From: an uncultured Pelagibacteraceae bacterium
Lineage (GTDB): Bacteria; Pseudomonadota; Alphaproteobacteria; Pelagibacterales; Pelagibacteraceae
Direction of reading: 5' to 3'
DNA: 64,000 bases
NCBI GenBank assembly: GCA_902523615.1
Contig: CABYZW010000003.1
Span: 14,336 to 78,335, forward strand
This document shows, piece by piece, positions 23,421-34,508 of this stretch. Position numbers and translations under genes: made by a program. Position 1 is the first letter of the stretch. Every line of letters starts with the position of its first letter. The notes under the pieces are model-generated. The model was not told the origin of the DNA. It did not search any database and worked only from the letters and a program-made list of their open reading frames with translations.

Positions 23421-26418
23421 TTAATCTTTCACCTTTCTTATCTAAAAAAACTGGATCGGCAACAGTTACATTTATATTTTTATTTTCCATTGGAATAATT
23501 AACTTCTGTCCAAGCATTTTTTTTCCACCTTTCACTACTCCAAGAGCAATAGATTTATTTAAATTTGGGCTATAATAACTTGAAGTAACATGGCCCAACA
23601 TTTCAATAGGTAATTTTTTGATATCAGCAACAATCTGTGCACCTTCTTCTAAAACTTCCTCTGGATTTTCAGTAAGTAAACCCACTAATTGTTTTCTGTT
23701 ATCTTTAATTGTGTCTGACCTATATAATGATCTTTTTCCAATGAAGTCATATTTTTTCTTACTCACTATCCAGTTCATCTGTAAATCAATTGGTGTCATG
23801 GTTGCATCTGTATCTTGCCCAACTATTATAAAACCTTTTTCAGCTCTTAATAAGTGCATTGTTTCTGTCCCATAAGGAGTAATATTAAAATCTTTACCTG
23901 CCTCCATGCACTTTTCCCAAACAGATTTTCCATAATTTGATTGAATATTAATTTCATAACTTTGTTCCCCAGTGAAACTAATTCTCATAACTCTACATTT
24001 TATTTGACCAATTTTTGTGTTTTTAAACGACATATGTGGAAATTTTTCATCAGAAAAATCTAAATCAGGGATAACTTTAGATACAATTTTTTTGCTATGT
24101 GGTCCGCAAACACTTATTGTAGCATAATGATCTGTTACAGATGATAAATAAACATCTAGTTCAGGCCACTCTGTTTGAAGATAATCTTCAAGTTTTCCTA
24201 ATACGTTTGCAGCCCCTCCAGTAGTAGTAGTCATTATATAATGATTTTCATCTAACCTGGTTGTTACACCATCATCATATACCATGCCATCTTCATTGAG
24301 CATTAAACCATAACGACATTTACCAATAGCGAGTTTTGACCAAGCATTTGTATAAACACGGTTAAGAAATTCTGAAGCATCAGTTCCTTGAATATCAATT
24401 TTTCCTAAAGTAGATGCATCTAGGATACCTGCACAGTCTCTGGCTGCTTTACTCTCTCTTTGTACTGCTTGATGCATATTTTCATTTTTATTAGGATAGT
24501 ACCAAGCTCTTTTCCACTGACCCACATTTTCAAACTTTGCATTGTTTGCAACATGCCAATCATGGATAGGCGTACGCCTAATTATATCAAAAAACTCTCC
24601 TACATTTCTTCCAACGATAGTTCCAAAGGTAAGTGGTGTATAAGGTGGTCTAAAAGTTGTTGTCCCGTGCTCACCCATTTTAGTCCCTGCAGTTTCTGAA
24701 ATAATCCCTAATGCATGCATATTACCGAGTTTACCTTGATCTGTGCCCATGCCAGTTGTGGTATATCTTTTTACATGCTCTATTGATCTAAAACCTTCTC
24801 TTAGAGCTAATTTTATATCTTTAGCAGTTGCATCATTTTGGTAATCAACAAAGGATTTGGTTTTTCCTAATATTTTATTTGATGGCAACAACCAGATATT
24901 TCTTTTTGATTTATTTATTGCAGTGACGATTTCAAAAGTTTTATAATCGGTATTATTGATATTAAGAAATTTTTTGACAGATAATACGGTATTTATTGTA
25001 ATTTCGTCTAAACCTAAATCTCCATTACAGGATCCAACACTTAATTGATCTGAAGGATATTTGTTTGGAATAAAAACTTGATCATCCTCTCTAAATTTTA
25101 ATTTTCCCCCTGATTGTGTAAATAAGTGAACTGCTGGTGTCCATCCACCGGACACACCCAAAGAATCACAACTTAATTTTATTTTTTTACCAATTACTTT
25201 TTGGCCATCCTTCGAAAGTTCCATAATTGTTAATCCATTGATTCTTTTATAACCATATGTATCAACAACAGTGTAACCTTTAAAAATTCTAATATTATTC
25301 TTTTCCACCTCATAAGAAAGCTTTGAATCTATTTGCTCTCTATTATCAATGATTGCATTAACTTTAATCCCTCGTTGAACTAAACTCATAGCAGTTTCGT
25401 ATGCAGTATCATTATTTGTAAAAAGAATATTATTTTCACCACAAGCTACGCCATATAAATCAATGTATTTTTTTATTGCAGAAGATAATAAAATTCCTGG
25501 ACGATCATTGTTATCAAATATTAGAGGTCTTTCCATTGCGCCAGTAGCACTAATTACTTTTTTTGCTCTAATCTTTAATAGTCTATGTCTAATTTTATTT
25601 TCTCTTTGATTAATTGGTAAATGATCAGTGAGATTTTCACGAGCTAACAAAAAATTGTATCCATGAAAAGCTGCTACACTAGTTCTTGTTTTAATTTCTA
25701 AATTTTCTAATTTAGATATTTCATTAATTTCTTTTTCTAACCAAGAACTTGTTATTTGGTTATTAATTTTTGAAAACTCTGAGTTATCATAAATCGTTGA
25801 TCCACCTAAAAATGATTTTTCATCCACTAAGAGAGTTTTTAAACCATTCTTAGCTGACATTTTAGCTGCCATTATTCCCGATATACCAGCCCCAATTATT
25901 AAAACATCGCAGTGAATATACTTATGCTCATAAATATCAGGATCAGCTTCTTTTGGAGACTTTCCTAAACCTGCAGATTTTCTTATAAAGTACTCATATT
26001 TTTCCCAAAAACTTTTAGGCCACATAAAAGTTTTATAATAAAAACCCGCTGGTAGAATAGGGGACAGAATATTATTAATTCCGCCAATATCAAAATTTAC
26101 ACTTGGCCAACAATTCTGACTTGATGCAACTAAACCTTCATAAATTTCAATTTCTGTAGCCCTAACATTTGGCTCGGTTCTCGAAGTATTATCATGTAAC
26201 TGAATAATTGCGTTAGGTTCCTCTGAACCAGCCGTCATAATTCCACGAGGTCTATGATATTTAAAACTTCTTCCTACAAGATGAACATCGTTAGCTAATA
26301 GAGCGGATGCTAAAGTATCACCTTTATAACCGTAATATGTTTTATTATTGAATTTAAATGAAATTCGATAAGTTTCATCTACTAGTTTACTTGATTTAAA
26401 TCTTAAATTTTTAGACAT
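23407..26418 (-). CDS. soxA: sarcosine oxidase subunit alpha
   Basis: GDTLASALLAN..GRSFKYHRPRG, EHVKRYTTTGMGTDQGK, GcvT-like C-terminus. Confidence 0.96.
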   Translation of the reverse strand: MSKNLRFKSSKLVDETYRISFKFNNKTYYGYKGDTLASALLANDVHLVGRSFKYHRPRGIMTAGSEEPNAIIQLHDNTSRTEPNVRATEIEIYEGLVASSQNCWPSVNFDIGGINNILSPILPAGFYYKTFMWPKSFWEKYEYFIRKSAGLGKSPKEADPDIYEHKYIHCDVLIIGAGISGIMAAKMSAKNGLKTLLVDEKSFLGGSTIYDNSEFSKINNQITSSWLEKEINEISKLENLEIKTRTSVAAFHGYNFLLARENLTDHLPINQRENKIRHRLLKIRAKKVISATGAMERPLIFDNNDRPGILLSSAIKKYIDLYGVACGENNILFTNNDTAYETAMSLVQRGIKVNAIIDNREQIDSKLSYEVEKNNIRIFKGYTVVDTYGYKRINGLTIMELSKDGQKVIGKKIKLSCDSLGVSGGWTPAVHLFTQSGGKLKFREDDQVFIPNKYPSDQLSVGSCNGDLGLDEITINTVLSVKKFLNINNTDYKTFEIVTAINKSKRNIWLLPSNKILGKTKSFVDYQNDATAKDIKLALREGFRSIEHVKRYTTTGMGTDQGKLGNMHALGIISETAGTKMGEHGTTTFRPPYTPLTFGTIVGRNVGEFFDIIRRTPIHDWHVANNAKFENVGQWKRAWYYPNKNENMHQAVQRESKAARDCAGILDASTLGKIDIQGTDASEFLNRVYTNAWSKLAIGKCRYGLMLNEDGMVYDDGVTTRLDENHYIMTTTTGGAANVLGKLEDYLQTEWPELDVYLSSVTDHYATISVCGPHSKKIVSKVIPDLDFSDEKFPHMSFKNTKIGQIKCRVMRISFTGEQSYEINIQSNYGKSVWEKCMEAGKDFNITPYGTETMHLLRAEKGFIIVGQDTDATMTPIDLQMNWIVSKKKYDFIGKRSLYRSDTIKDNRKQLVGLLTENPEEVLEEGAQIVADIKKLPIEMLGHVTSSYYSPNLNKSIALGVVKGGKKMLGQKLIIPMENKNINVTVADPVFLDKKGERLNAKL

Positions 26419-26421
26419 TGA

Positions 26422-26697
26422 TTATTTTACAGGTGGCTTTTCACCCATCTTATAAACTGCTTTGATTTGGTCATTTGAAGTATCTCGAGCAATATTGAAC
26501 CATTTTCTACAACCGTGAGCATGGTTCCATCTTTCGAATTGAACTCCTTTTATATTTTTTCTCATAAATAAAAACTCTGCCCATTCGTCATCACTTAATT
26601 CTGTTGGTTGTTTCGGTCTTTCTATATGAGCTTCACCCCCAGCTTTAAATTCGCTTTGCTCTCTTTCACCACAAAAAGGACAATTAATTAAAAACAT
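26422..26697 (-). CDS. soxD: sarcosine oxidase subunit delta
   Basis: CPFCGER, W.H.HGCRKWF zinc motif. Confidence 0.96.
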   Translation of the reverse strand: MFLINCPFCGEREQSEFKAGGEAHIERPKQPTELSDDEWAEFLFMRKNIKGVQFERWNHAHGCRKWFNIARDTSNDQIKAVYKMGEKPPVK

Positions 26698-27950
26698 TAG
26701 TGTGCAACTGCAGCAGCTCCATGTTCATCGACTAAATCACCACTTACAAATCTATTTAAATTAAATGCAGCATTAAGTTTATGAGGTTCGTCGTTAGCAA
26801 TTGTATGAGCGAATAAATCTCCTGAACCTGGTGTAGCTTTAAATCCTCCAGTGCCCCAACCACAATTAAAATACAAACCTTTTATTGATGTTTTGCTTAT
26901 TATTGGACTTGCATCAGGGCATATATCAACAATTCCACCCCACTGACGGAGCATTCTCATTCTACTAAAAATTGGATACAATTCTAGTATTGCATTTAAA
27001 GTACCTTCCACAATATCATGACTTCCTTTTTGGGAATAAGATATATAATCATCTGTTCCAGCTCCAATAACGAGTTCTCCTTTATCAGATTGACTTACGT
27101 AAGCATGAACTGCGTTTGACATTACAACGGTATCAATTATTGGTTTAACTGGTTCAGATACTAAAGCTTGAAGAGGTTTGCTTTCCAAAGGTAATTTTAA
27201 TCCTGCCATATTTGCTATAACACTAGAGTGACCAGCAGCTGCAACAGCTATTTTTTTAGCTTTGATAAATCCTTTATTTGTTTCTATACCTTCGACCTTA
27301 TCACCATTTCTTTTTATCCCTTTTACTTCACAATTTTGAATAATATCAACACCCATTTCATCAGCACCTCTTGCATATCCCCAAGCAACAGCGTCATGTC
27401 TTGCCGTACCTGCTCTTCGTTGAAGAGTCCCACCTAAAACTGGATATCGAATATCCTGTGAGGTATTTATAATTGGACAAAATTTTTTGACTCCCTCAGT
27501 ATTTAAATAAACTGCATCAATCCCATTTAATCTATTTGCATGAGTTCTTCTTTTTAAATCTCTTACATCTTGTAAATTATGAGCGAGATTTATAACACCT
27601 CTTTGACTAAACATAACATTATAATTTAACTCTTGAGATAAGCCCTCCCAAATTTTAAGAGCATGATCATAAAGACCAGCACTTGCATCCCATAAATAGT
27701 TTGATCTTATTATTGTAGTATTCCGACCGGTATTTCCACCTCCTATCCAACCTTTTTCAACAACTGCAATATTCTTCATGTTATGTTTTTTAGCTAAATA
27801 ATAGGCTGTTGCTAGACCGTGTCCTCCACCACCAACTATTATGGCTTCATACTCTTTTTTTGGCTCGGGATCTTTCCAAGCTTTCTCCCAATTTTCATGA
27901 TAAGAAAAAGCGTTTTTAATAAGTGAAAATATTGAATACTTATTTTTCAT
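26697..27950 (-). CDS. soxB: sarcosine oxidase subunit beta
   Basis: [17 protein letters not shown] motif, [31 protein letters not shown]. Confidence 0.97.
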   Translation of the reverse strand: MKNKYSIFSLIKNAFSYHENWEKAWKDPEPKKEYEAIIVGGGGHGLATAYYLAKKHNMKNIAVVEKGWIGGGNTGRNTTIIRSNYLWDASAGLYDHALKIWEGLSQELNYNVMFSQRGVINLAHNLQDVRDLKRRTHANRLNGIDAVYLNTEGVKKFCPIINTSQDIRYPVLGGTLQRRAGTARHDAVAWGYARGADEMGVDIIQNCEVKGIKRNGDKVEGIETNKGFIKAKKIAVAAAGHSSVIANMAGLKLPLESKPLQALVSEPVKPIIDTVVMSNAVHAYVSQSDKGELVIGAGTDDYISYSQKGSHDIVEGTLNAILELYPIFSRMRMLRQWGGIVDICPDASPIISKTSIKGLYFNCGWGTGGFKATPGSGDLFAHTIANDEPHKLNAAFNLNRFVSGDLVDEHGAAAVAH

Positions 27951-28014
27951 AATTATTGAATAATTACTTTATAAATACTGATTATTCAATACAATCAAAA
28001 GTGACAAATTTAAT

Positions 28015-28106
28015 GGAAGAGTGGGTGAGAGGCTGAAACCAGTCGTTTGCTAAATGACCGTGCGAGGAAACTTGTACCGAGGGTTCGAATCCCTCCTCTT
28101 CCGCCA
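28015..28106 (+). tRNA. tRNA-Ser(GCT)
   Basis: acceptor stem GGAAGAG/CTCTTCC, anticodon arm GTCGT-TTGCTAA-ATGAC, long variable arm, GTTCGAATC T-loop, encoded CCA. Confidence 0.97.
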
Positions 28107-28109
28107 TTT

Positions 28110-30329
28110 TTAGTACAATGGATCATCCTTAAAGAAGTTTATCATTGTAACTGGCTTTTGAGCTAAAATATAACGATAGACGTTGTAGTTCTCCAGTACC
28201 CTTTGTACATAATTTCTTGTTTCTTTAAATTTGATTAATTCAATCCAGTTTACATAATCAATTTGGTTCTTTTGTGGATTTTTATTTATTTTTTTCCAAT
28301 ATCTGACTCTTTTAGGTCCGGCATTGTAAGCCGCTATTGCAAACGGATAAGCACCATCATATTCTAAAATTAGGCCAGCTATATAGTGAGAACCTAAATT
28401 GATATTATATTCTGCATCTCTTGTTAATCTAGATTTTGAATAAGGAAGTTTTGCTTGTTTAGCAACTACTTTTGCTGTGTAAGGCATGAGCTGCATTAAT
28501 CCTTTTGCTCCTGCGCGACTATTAGCTCTTAAATCAAATTCACTTTCTTGTCTTATTATTGACAGTATAAATGCAGTACCAGGAATTTTTCTACCATTTA
28601 TGTAATTTGGAGTACTTATAATTGGATAATTATATTTGTTATGAAATCTTTTTTCATATGATGCAATTTTTGCTATTTGAATAGCAAAATCAAATCTATC
28701 AATGCTTGTTGCTAATTCTGCTGCTAAAACTTCACTACCATTATTTATATCATCATTAGCCAAATGTCTTAAAATGAATTTTGTATATTTGTCTTCGTTC
28801 AGCTCATCAAGAAGATAAACTGTTTTGACTAATTCTTTTTTAAAAAAGTAGTCTCTATATTCTTTTGAAACTTCAATATCCTTAGATAGTTCAAAAGGTT
28901 GATTGGGATTTAACTCTATAAATGCTAACTGACCATAATATGTAGTAAGAAAATTAGATGCTTTACCAAGCCATTCATTAGCTAATTCATTTTTACCAAG
29001 TTTCTGATAAGTTTTAGCTAACCAATAAGCTCCTCTAGAAGTACTTATCGGATAACCAACGTTATTATAAAAATTTTCAAAATGATCCTTAGCTAATAAA
29101 GGATCATCTAAGAAACTTAATGCTATCCATCCGCTCATCCATTCCGCTGCTGCATACTCGGGTCCATCAGTCAAAGCATGATTACTTGCAATTTTATAGG
29201 CTAATGCAAATTTTTTTTTATAAATTAATGATCTTGAAATGATTTCTCTTTCAAACCACCACTTATCTGGTCTGACTAAATAATCTTTGGTATTTTTAAT
29301 TTTTACTAAAATTTCAACAGAACTATCAACCCTTCCTCTTTTTCTTCTCCATTTTAATCTATCGTAATTTAAACCTCCATCATTTTTAAATTTTGCTGGA
29401 ACTTTTGAAATAGCGTTATCTACACCATACGATTTACTCATTAACAATTGTCGTGCTGTATAAAGCAACTCATAATCTTTAGGTAAATATCTTAATAATC
29501 TTTTTAAATCCCAGTATTTATTATTCCAAGCCAAGTAATCTGCTCTTTTAATATAATCATCCGCATTGAGATATTTTTTAAATTTTTTTCTATAGAATCT
29601 TAATTCAGATTTGCTTAATTCAGCGGTAATCCATCCTTCTTTAATATAAGAAATACCTTTTTGTGTATTACCATTTAGAATTATGCTTTCTCCAAGTATC
29701 ATTTTTCCAAAACCACTTAGAGGTTCATCAATACCGAACCAATCGATAATTTTTTTTGGTGAAATAGTGTCTGTAGAAAGTTTATGCTCTGCTAAATATT
29801 TTACTCTTCCCAATCGTGGATAATCTTCATTTTTGTCTATAAAAGTTTTATAATCGTAATATGATGCTTTGTTTCCTTTAGTTAGCAGATGTCTCCATTG
29901 TATGAAATTATAGATTGATTTATCTCTGGCTCTTTTTGCTGTTTTTAATGCTGCAGGCCATTTTGCTTGTTTCATTTCTGAAATAGCCTTTTTCGCAATT
30001 TCGAAATCTTTCTTGTTATAATATTTGGATTTTTTCGCTGTATCAGTTTTTTTGATTCCAGCTATTAAAGGTTTCTTTTTTGGTAAAATAATACCTAAGT
30101 CTTTCTCAGCTTTTAACTTTATTTCACTCTCAGGCTTTTTTTTAATTTCCTCTACTATTTTTTTGGGAATTGGTTTTGGCAGAGGCTTTATTACATCGAT
30201 TAATAATTTCTGGTCCTTTTCCGCTTTAGTTTGGATTGGTTTTTTTATAGGTATTATTTCTGCAGAAAACAAAATAGTAATAGTAGAGAAGAAAAATAAA
30301 TTGATAAAAAATATGAATTTTTTTAGCAT
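28110..30329 (-). CDS. slt: soluble lytic murein transglycosylase (Slt70-like)
   Basis: IIRQESEF, GAKGLMQLMP, AAYNAGP, ETRNYVQRV; signal peptide. Confidence 0.94.
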   Translation of the reverse strand: MLKKFIFFINLFFFSTITILFSAEIIPIKKPIQTKAEKDQKLLIDVIKPLPKPIPKKIVEEIKKKPESEIKLKAEKDLGIILPKKKPLIAGIKKTDTAKKSKYYNKKDFEIAKKAISEMKQAKWPAALKTAKRARDKSIYNFIQWRHLLTKGNKASYYDYKTFIDKNEDYPRLGRVKYLAEHKLSTDTISPKKIIDWFGIDEPLSGFGKMILGESIILNGNTQKGISYIKEGWITAELSKSELRFYRKKFKKYLNADDYIKRADYLAWNNKYWDLKRLLRYLPKDYELLYTARQLLMSKSYGVDNAISKVPAKFKNDGGLNYDRLKWRRKRGRVDSSVEILVKIKNTKDYLVRPDKWWFEREIISRSLIYKKKFALAYKIASNHALTDGPEYAAAEWMSGWIALSFLDDPLLAKDHFENFYNNVGYPISTSRGAYWLAKTYQKLGKNELANEWLGKASNFLTTYYGQLAFIELNPNQPFELSKDIEVSKEYRDYFFKKELVKTVYLLDELNEDKYTKFILRHLANDDINNGSEVLAAELATSIDRFDFAIQIAKIASYEKRFHNKYNYPIISTPNYINGRKIPGTAFILSIIRQESEFDLRANSRAGAKGLMQLMPYTAKVVAKQAKLPYSKSRLTRDAEYNINLGSHYIAGLILEYDGAYPFAIAAYNAGPKRVRYWKKINKNPQKNQIDYVNWIELIKFKETRNYVQRVLENYNVYRYILAQKPVTMINFFKDDPLY

Positions 30330-30358
30330 AATCTTTTAGTATATGAATCCACAAACTA

Positions 30359-30367
30359 TGTTATAAG
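30359..30367 (+). promoter_or_regulatory. extended -10-like element for dapA (candidate leaderless mRNA)
   Basis: TG-T-TATAAG followed by a 5-nt gap to the ATG at 30373. Confidence 0.4.
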
Positions 30368-30372
30368 TATTT

Positions 30373-31254
30373 ATGTTCAAAGGATCAAATGTTGCTTTAG
30401 TCACTCCGTTTAAAAATGATAAACTAGATGATGAAACTTACATTAAGTTAATCCATTTTCATATTGAAAATGGGACAAATGGTTTAGTTCCTGCTGGAAC
30501 AACCGGTGAGTCTCCAACTTTAAGCCACAATGAGCATGAAAGAGTTATAGAGTTATGTGTAAGAGAAAGTGGGGGAAAATTACCAGTATTTGCTGGCACA
30601 GGCTCTAATTCTACTGAAGAAGCAATTTCTTTAACATCTCATGCTGAAAAAATTGGTGCCACTGGAGCTTTAATCGTAACTCCATATTACAATAAGCCAA
30701 CTCAAGAAGGTCTTTATCAACACTATAAATCTATAAATGATAAATGTGGTATTCCAATTATAATTTATAACATACCTGGTAGGTCAGTTATAGACATGAC
30801 AGTTGACACGATGGCCAGATTATATGAATTAAAAAATATTATTGGAGTGAAAGATGCTACTGGTGATTTAAATAGAGTGGACAAAACATTAAAGAAGATG
30901 GGTAAAGATTTTTTGCAATTGACTGGTAACGATGATAACGCATTAGAATTTAATAAAAGAGGAGGTGTTGGAGCAATAAGTGTTACTGCTAATATTGCAC
31001 CAAAACTTTGTTCAGAATTTCAAAAATTTTCAATCATAAATGATAAGAATTCTATATCTGAGGCAGAAAGACTTGATAAAATTTTGCAACCCTTGCATCA
31101 CTCTATGTTTGTTGAAAGTAATCCTAGCCCTGTAAAATACGCAGCTAAATTATTAAATCTCTGTGATGATGATGTGAGGCTTCCATTGGTTAAAACCACA
31201 GATCATACTAAAGAGATTGTAAAAAAAGCACTCCAGTCTGCAAAGCTACTTTAA
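30373..31254 (+). CDS. dapA: 4-hydroxy-tetrahydrodipicolinate synthase
   Basis: [40 protein letters not shown]. Confidence 0.98.
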   Translation: MFKGSNVALVTPFKNDKLDDETYIKLIHFHIENGTNGLVPAGTTGESPTLSHNEHERVIELCVRESGGKLPVFAGTGSNSTEEAISLTSHAEKIGATGALIVTPYYNKPTQEGLYQHYKSINDKCGIPIIIYNIPGRSVIDMTVDTMARLYELKNIIGVKDATGDLNRVDKTLKKMGKDFLQLTGNDDNALEFNKRGGVGAISVTANIAPKLCSEFQKFSIINDKNSISEAERLDKILQPLHHSMFVESNPSPVKYAAKLLNLCDDDVRLPLVKTTDHTKEIVKKALQSAKLL

Positions 31255-31724
31255 TGAATAAAAAAACCAACTCTGGTTTAAAGATTGTCTGTATCAATCG
31301 TAAAGCGAGTTTTAACTATTTTTTTGAGGAATTATTAGAAGCAGGTATAGTTCTCAAAGGTTCTGAAATAAAATCAATCAGAGATGGCAAAGTAAATATT
31401 GCTGACTCGTATGCTATAGAAAAAAATGGAGAAATAATCTTGATAAATTCTCATATTGCATCTTATAAACAAGCTAGCTACTCAAACCATAAACCAACGG
31501 ACGAAAGAAAACTTTTATTAAATAAAAAAGAAATAAATAAACTTATTGGAAAAATGCAAAGAGATGGTTTGACTATTGTTCCAACAAAAATGTACTTTAA
31601 AAAAGGAAAAGCAAAATTAGAACTTGCTGTTGCTAAAGGAAAAAAACAATACGATAAAAGAGTTGTCAAAAAAAATAGAGATTGGAATCGTGATAGAGCA
31701 AGATATGTCAGAAAATCAAGCTAA
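31254..31724 (+). CDS. smpB: SsrA-binding protein
   Basis: [35 protein letters not shown]. Confidence 0.98.
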   Translation: MNKKTNSGLKIVCINRKASFNYFFEELLEAGIVLKGSEIKSIRDGKVNIADSYAIEKNGEIILINSHIASYKQASYSNHKPTDERKLLLNKKEINKLIGKMQRDGLTIVPTKMYFKKGKAKLELAVAKGKKQYDKRVVKKNRDWNRDRARYVRKSS

Positions 31725-32202
31725 AGAAATTTATTTGGGAATTGGATCAAATTTAGGAGATAAAAAAAAAAATATTGAGAAAACTAAATTAATCTTAATT
31801 AAAAATAATATAAACATTTTAGAGACCTCAAGTTTTTACGAAAGTTTATCGTGGCCAGACCCTAAAAAACCCAAATTTTTAAATATAGTTGTTAAAATTC
31901 AAACTAATTTATCGCCATTAGAATTAATTAGAAAATGCAATAAAATTGAAGTAAAACTTGGTAGAAAAAAAAGGCTAAAAAATTCACCTCGAAAATGTGA
32001 CATTGATATAATTGATTATAAAAGTAAGAAGATAGATGGTGAACTAATTTTACCTCATCCCAGAATGCATGAAAGAAATTTTGTCCTTTTCCCACTTTTC
32101 GAGATCAATAAAGATTGGAAACATCCAATTTTAAAACTTAATATAAAACAACTAATATCCACATTATCAAATAGTGACATTAGAACTATTAATAAAATAT
32201 AA
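31705..32202 (+). CDS. folK: 6-hydroxymethyl-7,8-dihydropterin pyrophosphokinase
   Basis: [35 protein letters not shown]; ATG at 31705 preferred over the upstream TTG. Confidence 0.95.
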   Translation: MSENQAKEIYLGIGSNLGDKKKNIEKTKLILIKNNINILETSSFYESLSWPDPKKPKFLNIVVKIQTNLSPLELIRKCNKIEVKLGRKKRLKNSPRKCDIDIIDYKSKKIDGELILPHPRMHERNFVLFPLFEINKDWKHPILKLNIKQLISTLSNSDIRTINKI

Positions 32203-32207
32203 AAAAA

Positions 32208-32216
32208 TGATATAAT
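32208..32216 (+). promoter_or_regulatory. extended -10 promoter for spoT (candidate leaderless mRNA)
   Basis: perfect TG-A-TATAAT followed by a 5-nt gap to the ATG at 32222, no Shine-Dalgarno. Confidence 0.55.
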
Positions 32217-32221
32217 AAAGC

Positions 32222-33967
32222 ATGTTAAATTCAAATGAATTAATAAATAAAGTTAAAATCTATAATAAGTTTTTAAACCCAGAAAAACTAAATAAGGCTT
32301 ATGATTTTGCAGTCAAAGCTCATAGTAATCAAAAAAGAGCATCTGGTGATCCTTACTCTGTTCATCCTATCGAAGTTGCAAATATTCTTACTGATTTAAA
32401 ATTAGATAGTGCCACAATAACTACAGGACTTTTGCATGATACCATAGAAGACACTTATGCTACTTATGAAACAATAAAAGGTGAGTTTGGATCAGAGGTG
32501 GCAGACTTAGTTGATGGGGTAACAAAAATTTCAGTTTTAGAAAATACTGCTTCTCCAAATTCTAAAGCGGAAAATTTTAGAAAACTGATTTTAGCAACCT
32601 CAAAAGACATAAGGGTTTTATTAGTTAAAATTGCTGATCGTTTGCACAATATGAGAACAATTAAAGCTATTGGCAAAGAAGAAAAAAGAAAAAGAATTGC
32701 TCAAGAAACAATGGAAATTTATGCACCCTTAGCAGATAGAATGGGTATGCATAGAATAAGAGATGAACTGGAGGATTTATCATTTGAAATTTTAAATAAT
32801 GAGGCAAGATCCTTGATCCAAAAAAGACTTGAGGAAATTAAGTTAGATAAAAAAGATATTTTTAAAAGTTTATCCTCAGAATTTAATCAATTATTAATTG
32901 AAAATAATATTAAGTCAAAGATTTATGGTAGGGAAAAAACTCCTTTTTCTATTTGGAGAAAAGTTCAAAAAAAAAGAGTTTCTTTAGAGCAGATTACTGA
33001 CATTATAGGTTTCAGGTTTATAGTTAGTAATACAGACGATTGCTATAAAACTTTAGGCATAATTCATAAATATTATAATTGTATACCTGGTAAATTTAAA
33101 GATTATATTTCTTCTGCTAAAATAAATGGATATAAATCCATACACACTTCAGTAATTGGCTCTTACAAAAAACCTGTTGAAATTCAAATAAGGACTAATC
33201 AGATGCATGAGTTTGCTGAAAGAGGTATAGCATCTCATTGGCAATATAAATCTTCAGAAAAGTTTAATTCACTAACATGGAAAGAGTATGATTGGTTGAA
33301 AGATTTAGTTGAGATTATCGAAAAAAATGAAAATCCAGAACATTCTTATGAATATACTAAGCTCCAGATGTTTCAGGAAAACGTTTTTTGTTTTACTCCT
33401 AAGGGATCAGTAATTAAATTACCAAAAGACGCCACGGCAATTGATTTTGCTTATGCAGTTCATACAAAGATTGGTGATACTGCAACTGGATGTGAAATTA
33501 ATGGTAATAAGAAAGAATTACAATCTATATTGAGAAATGGAGATAGAATAAATATAATAACCTCAAAAAATCAATCTCCTTCATTACATTGGATACCAAC
33601 AACAAAAACTGGAAAGGCGAGGGCAGCTATTAGAAGATATTGGCATGATAGAGGAGAAAAAAAACAGGAGAGAATTAAAAAATATAACACTACATTGTGG
33701 ATATCGTTACCTGATAAACCTGGACAACTAGGAAATGTAAGTTCTTTGATAGGTGAACATAAGCTAAATATTTCAAATCTAGAAATGGCAGGTAAAAACC
33801 CTAATTATATTAATTTTAAGTTTCAATTAATAATAAGAGATCTCAAAAATTTTACTAATTTTATTGCAGAGCTTAAGCAAAAAGGTATAAAATTTAAGAT
33901 AATTAGACACGAAGATAAAAGAAATGCTTTCACCCAAAAAATCCTTAAATATTTTAAGAAAAACTAA
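32222..33967 (+). CDS. spoT: RelA/SpoT (Rel) ppGpp synthetase/hydrolase, shortened
   Basis: HPIEVA..LLHDTIED HD domain, KFKDYI..GYKSIHT..EIQIRT synthetase, TGS (DFAYAVHT), C-terminal ACT. Confidence 0.96.
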   Translation: MLNSNELINKVKIYNKFLNPEKLNKAYDFAVKAHSNQKRASGDPYSVHPIEVANILTDLKLDSATITTGLLHDTIEDTYATYETIKGEFGSEVADLVDGVTKISVLENTASPNSKAENFRKLILATSKDIRVLLVKIADRLHNMRTIKAIGKEEKRKRIAQETMEIYAPLADRMGMHRIRDELEDLSFEILNNEARSLIQKRLEEIKLDKKDIFKSLSSEFNQLLIENNIKSKIYGREKTPFSIWRKVQKKRVSLEQITDIIGFRFIVSNTDDCYKTLGIIHKYYNCIPGKFKDYISSAKINGYKSIHTSVIGSYKKPVEIQIRTNQMHEFAERGIASHWQYKSSEKFNSLTWKEYDWLKDLVEIIEKNENPEHSYEYTKLQMFQENVFCFTPKGSVIKLPKDATAIDFAYAVHTKIGDTATGCEINGNKKELQSILRNGDRINIITSKNQSPSLHWIPTTKTGKARAAIRRYWHDRGEKKQERIKKYNTTLWISLPDKPGQLGNVSSLIGEHKLNISNLEMAGKNPNYINFKFQLIIRDLKNFTNFIAELKQKGIKFKIIRHEDKRNAFTQKILKYFKKN

Positions 33968-34508
33968 TGCTTTGATAGAAGGTCATTTTGTTCTATCCTC
34001 GGGTCTTCATTCACCAAGATATATTCAATGTGCAAAATTATTAAGTCATCCTCATCAAGCTGAAAAGATATGCAAATCTTTGGCAGGTAAGATAAATAAG
34101 AATTTCAAAAAAATCGAATTAATTTTAGCCCCAGCAATTGGAGGTATAGTCATTGGTTATGAATTAGGTAGAATTTTGAAGAAGGAAACTATTTTTTGTG
34201 AGAGAGTAAAGGGTAAGTTCATGTTAAGAAGAGGTTTTAATATAAAAAAAGGGATGCGGGTCTTAGTTGTCGAAGATGTGATAACCACTGGTAAATCTTG
34301 CTTAGAATGTGTTAGACTAATAAAGAAATTCAAAGCTAAACTTTTAGGATTTGCCTCATTAATAGATAGATCCTCAAAAAAAACATTAAGATTAAAAAAA
34401 AAAATTATTTCTCAATTAAAAATAAGTGTTCCTACTTATAAAAAAAACAAATTGCCAAAAGATTTATTATCAATACCAGTTACAAAACCTGGAAGTAGAT
34501 TTATTTAG
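33924..34508 (+). CDS. pyrE: orotate phosphoribosyltransferase
   Basis: GHFVLSSGLHS, VVEDVITTGKS PRPP motif, KPGSR. Confidence 0.96.
   Translation: MLSPKKSLNILRKTNALIEGHFVLSSGLHSPRYIQCAKLLSHPHQAEKICKSLAGKINKNFKKIELILAPAIGGIVIGYELGRILKKETIFCERVKGKFMLRRGFNIKKGMRVLVVEDVITTGKSCLECVRLIKKFKAKLLGFASLIDRSSKKTLRLKKKIISQLKISVPTYKKNKLPKDLLSIPVTKPGSRFI

Noticed and set aside
29045-29057. TTATCGGATAA in slt and TTATCGG in topA (~9083) as second copies of the recombination site
   Set aside because: Only partial single-arm matches inside coding sequence, without the 11-7-11 geometry.
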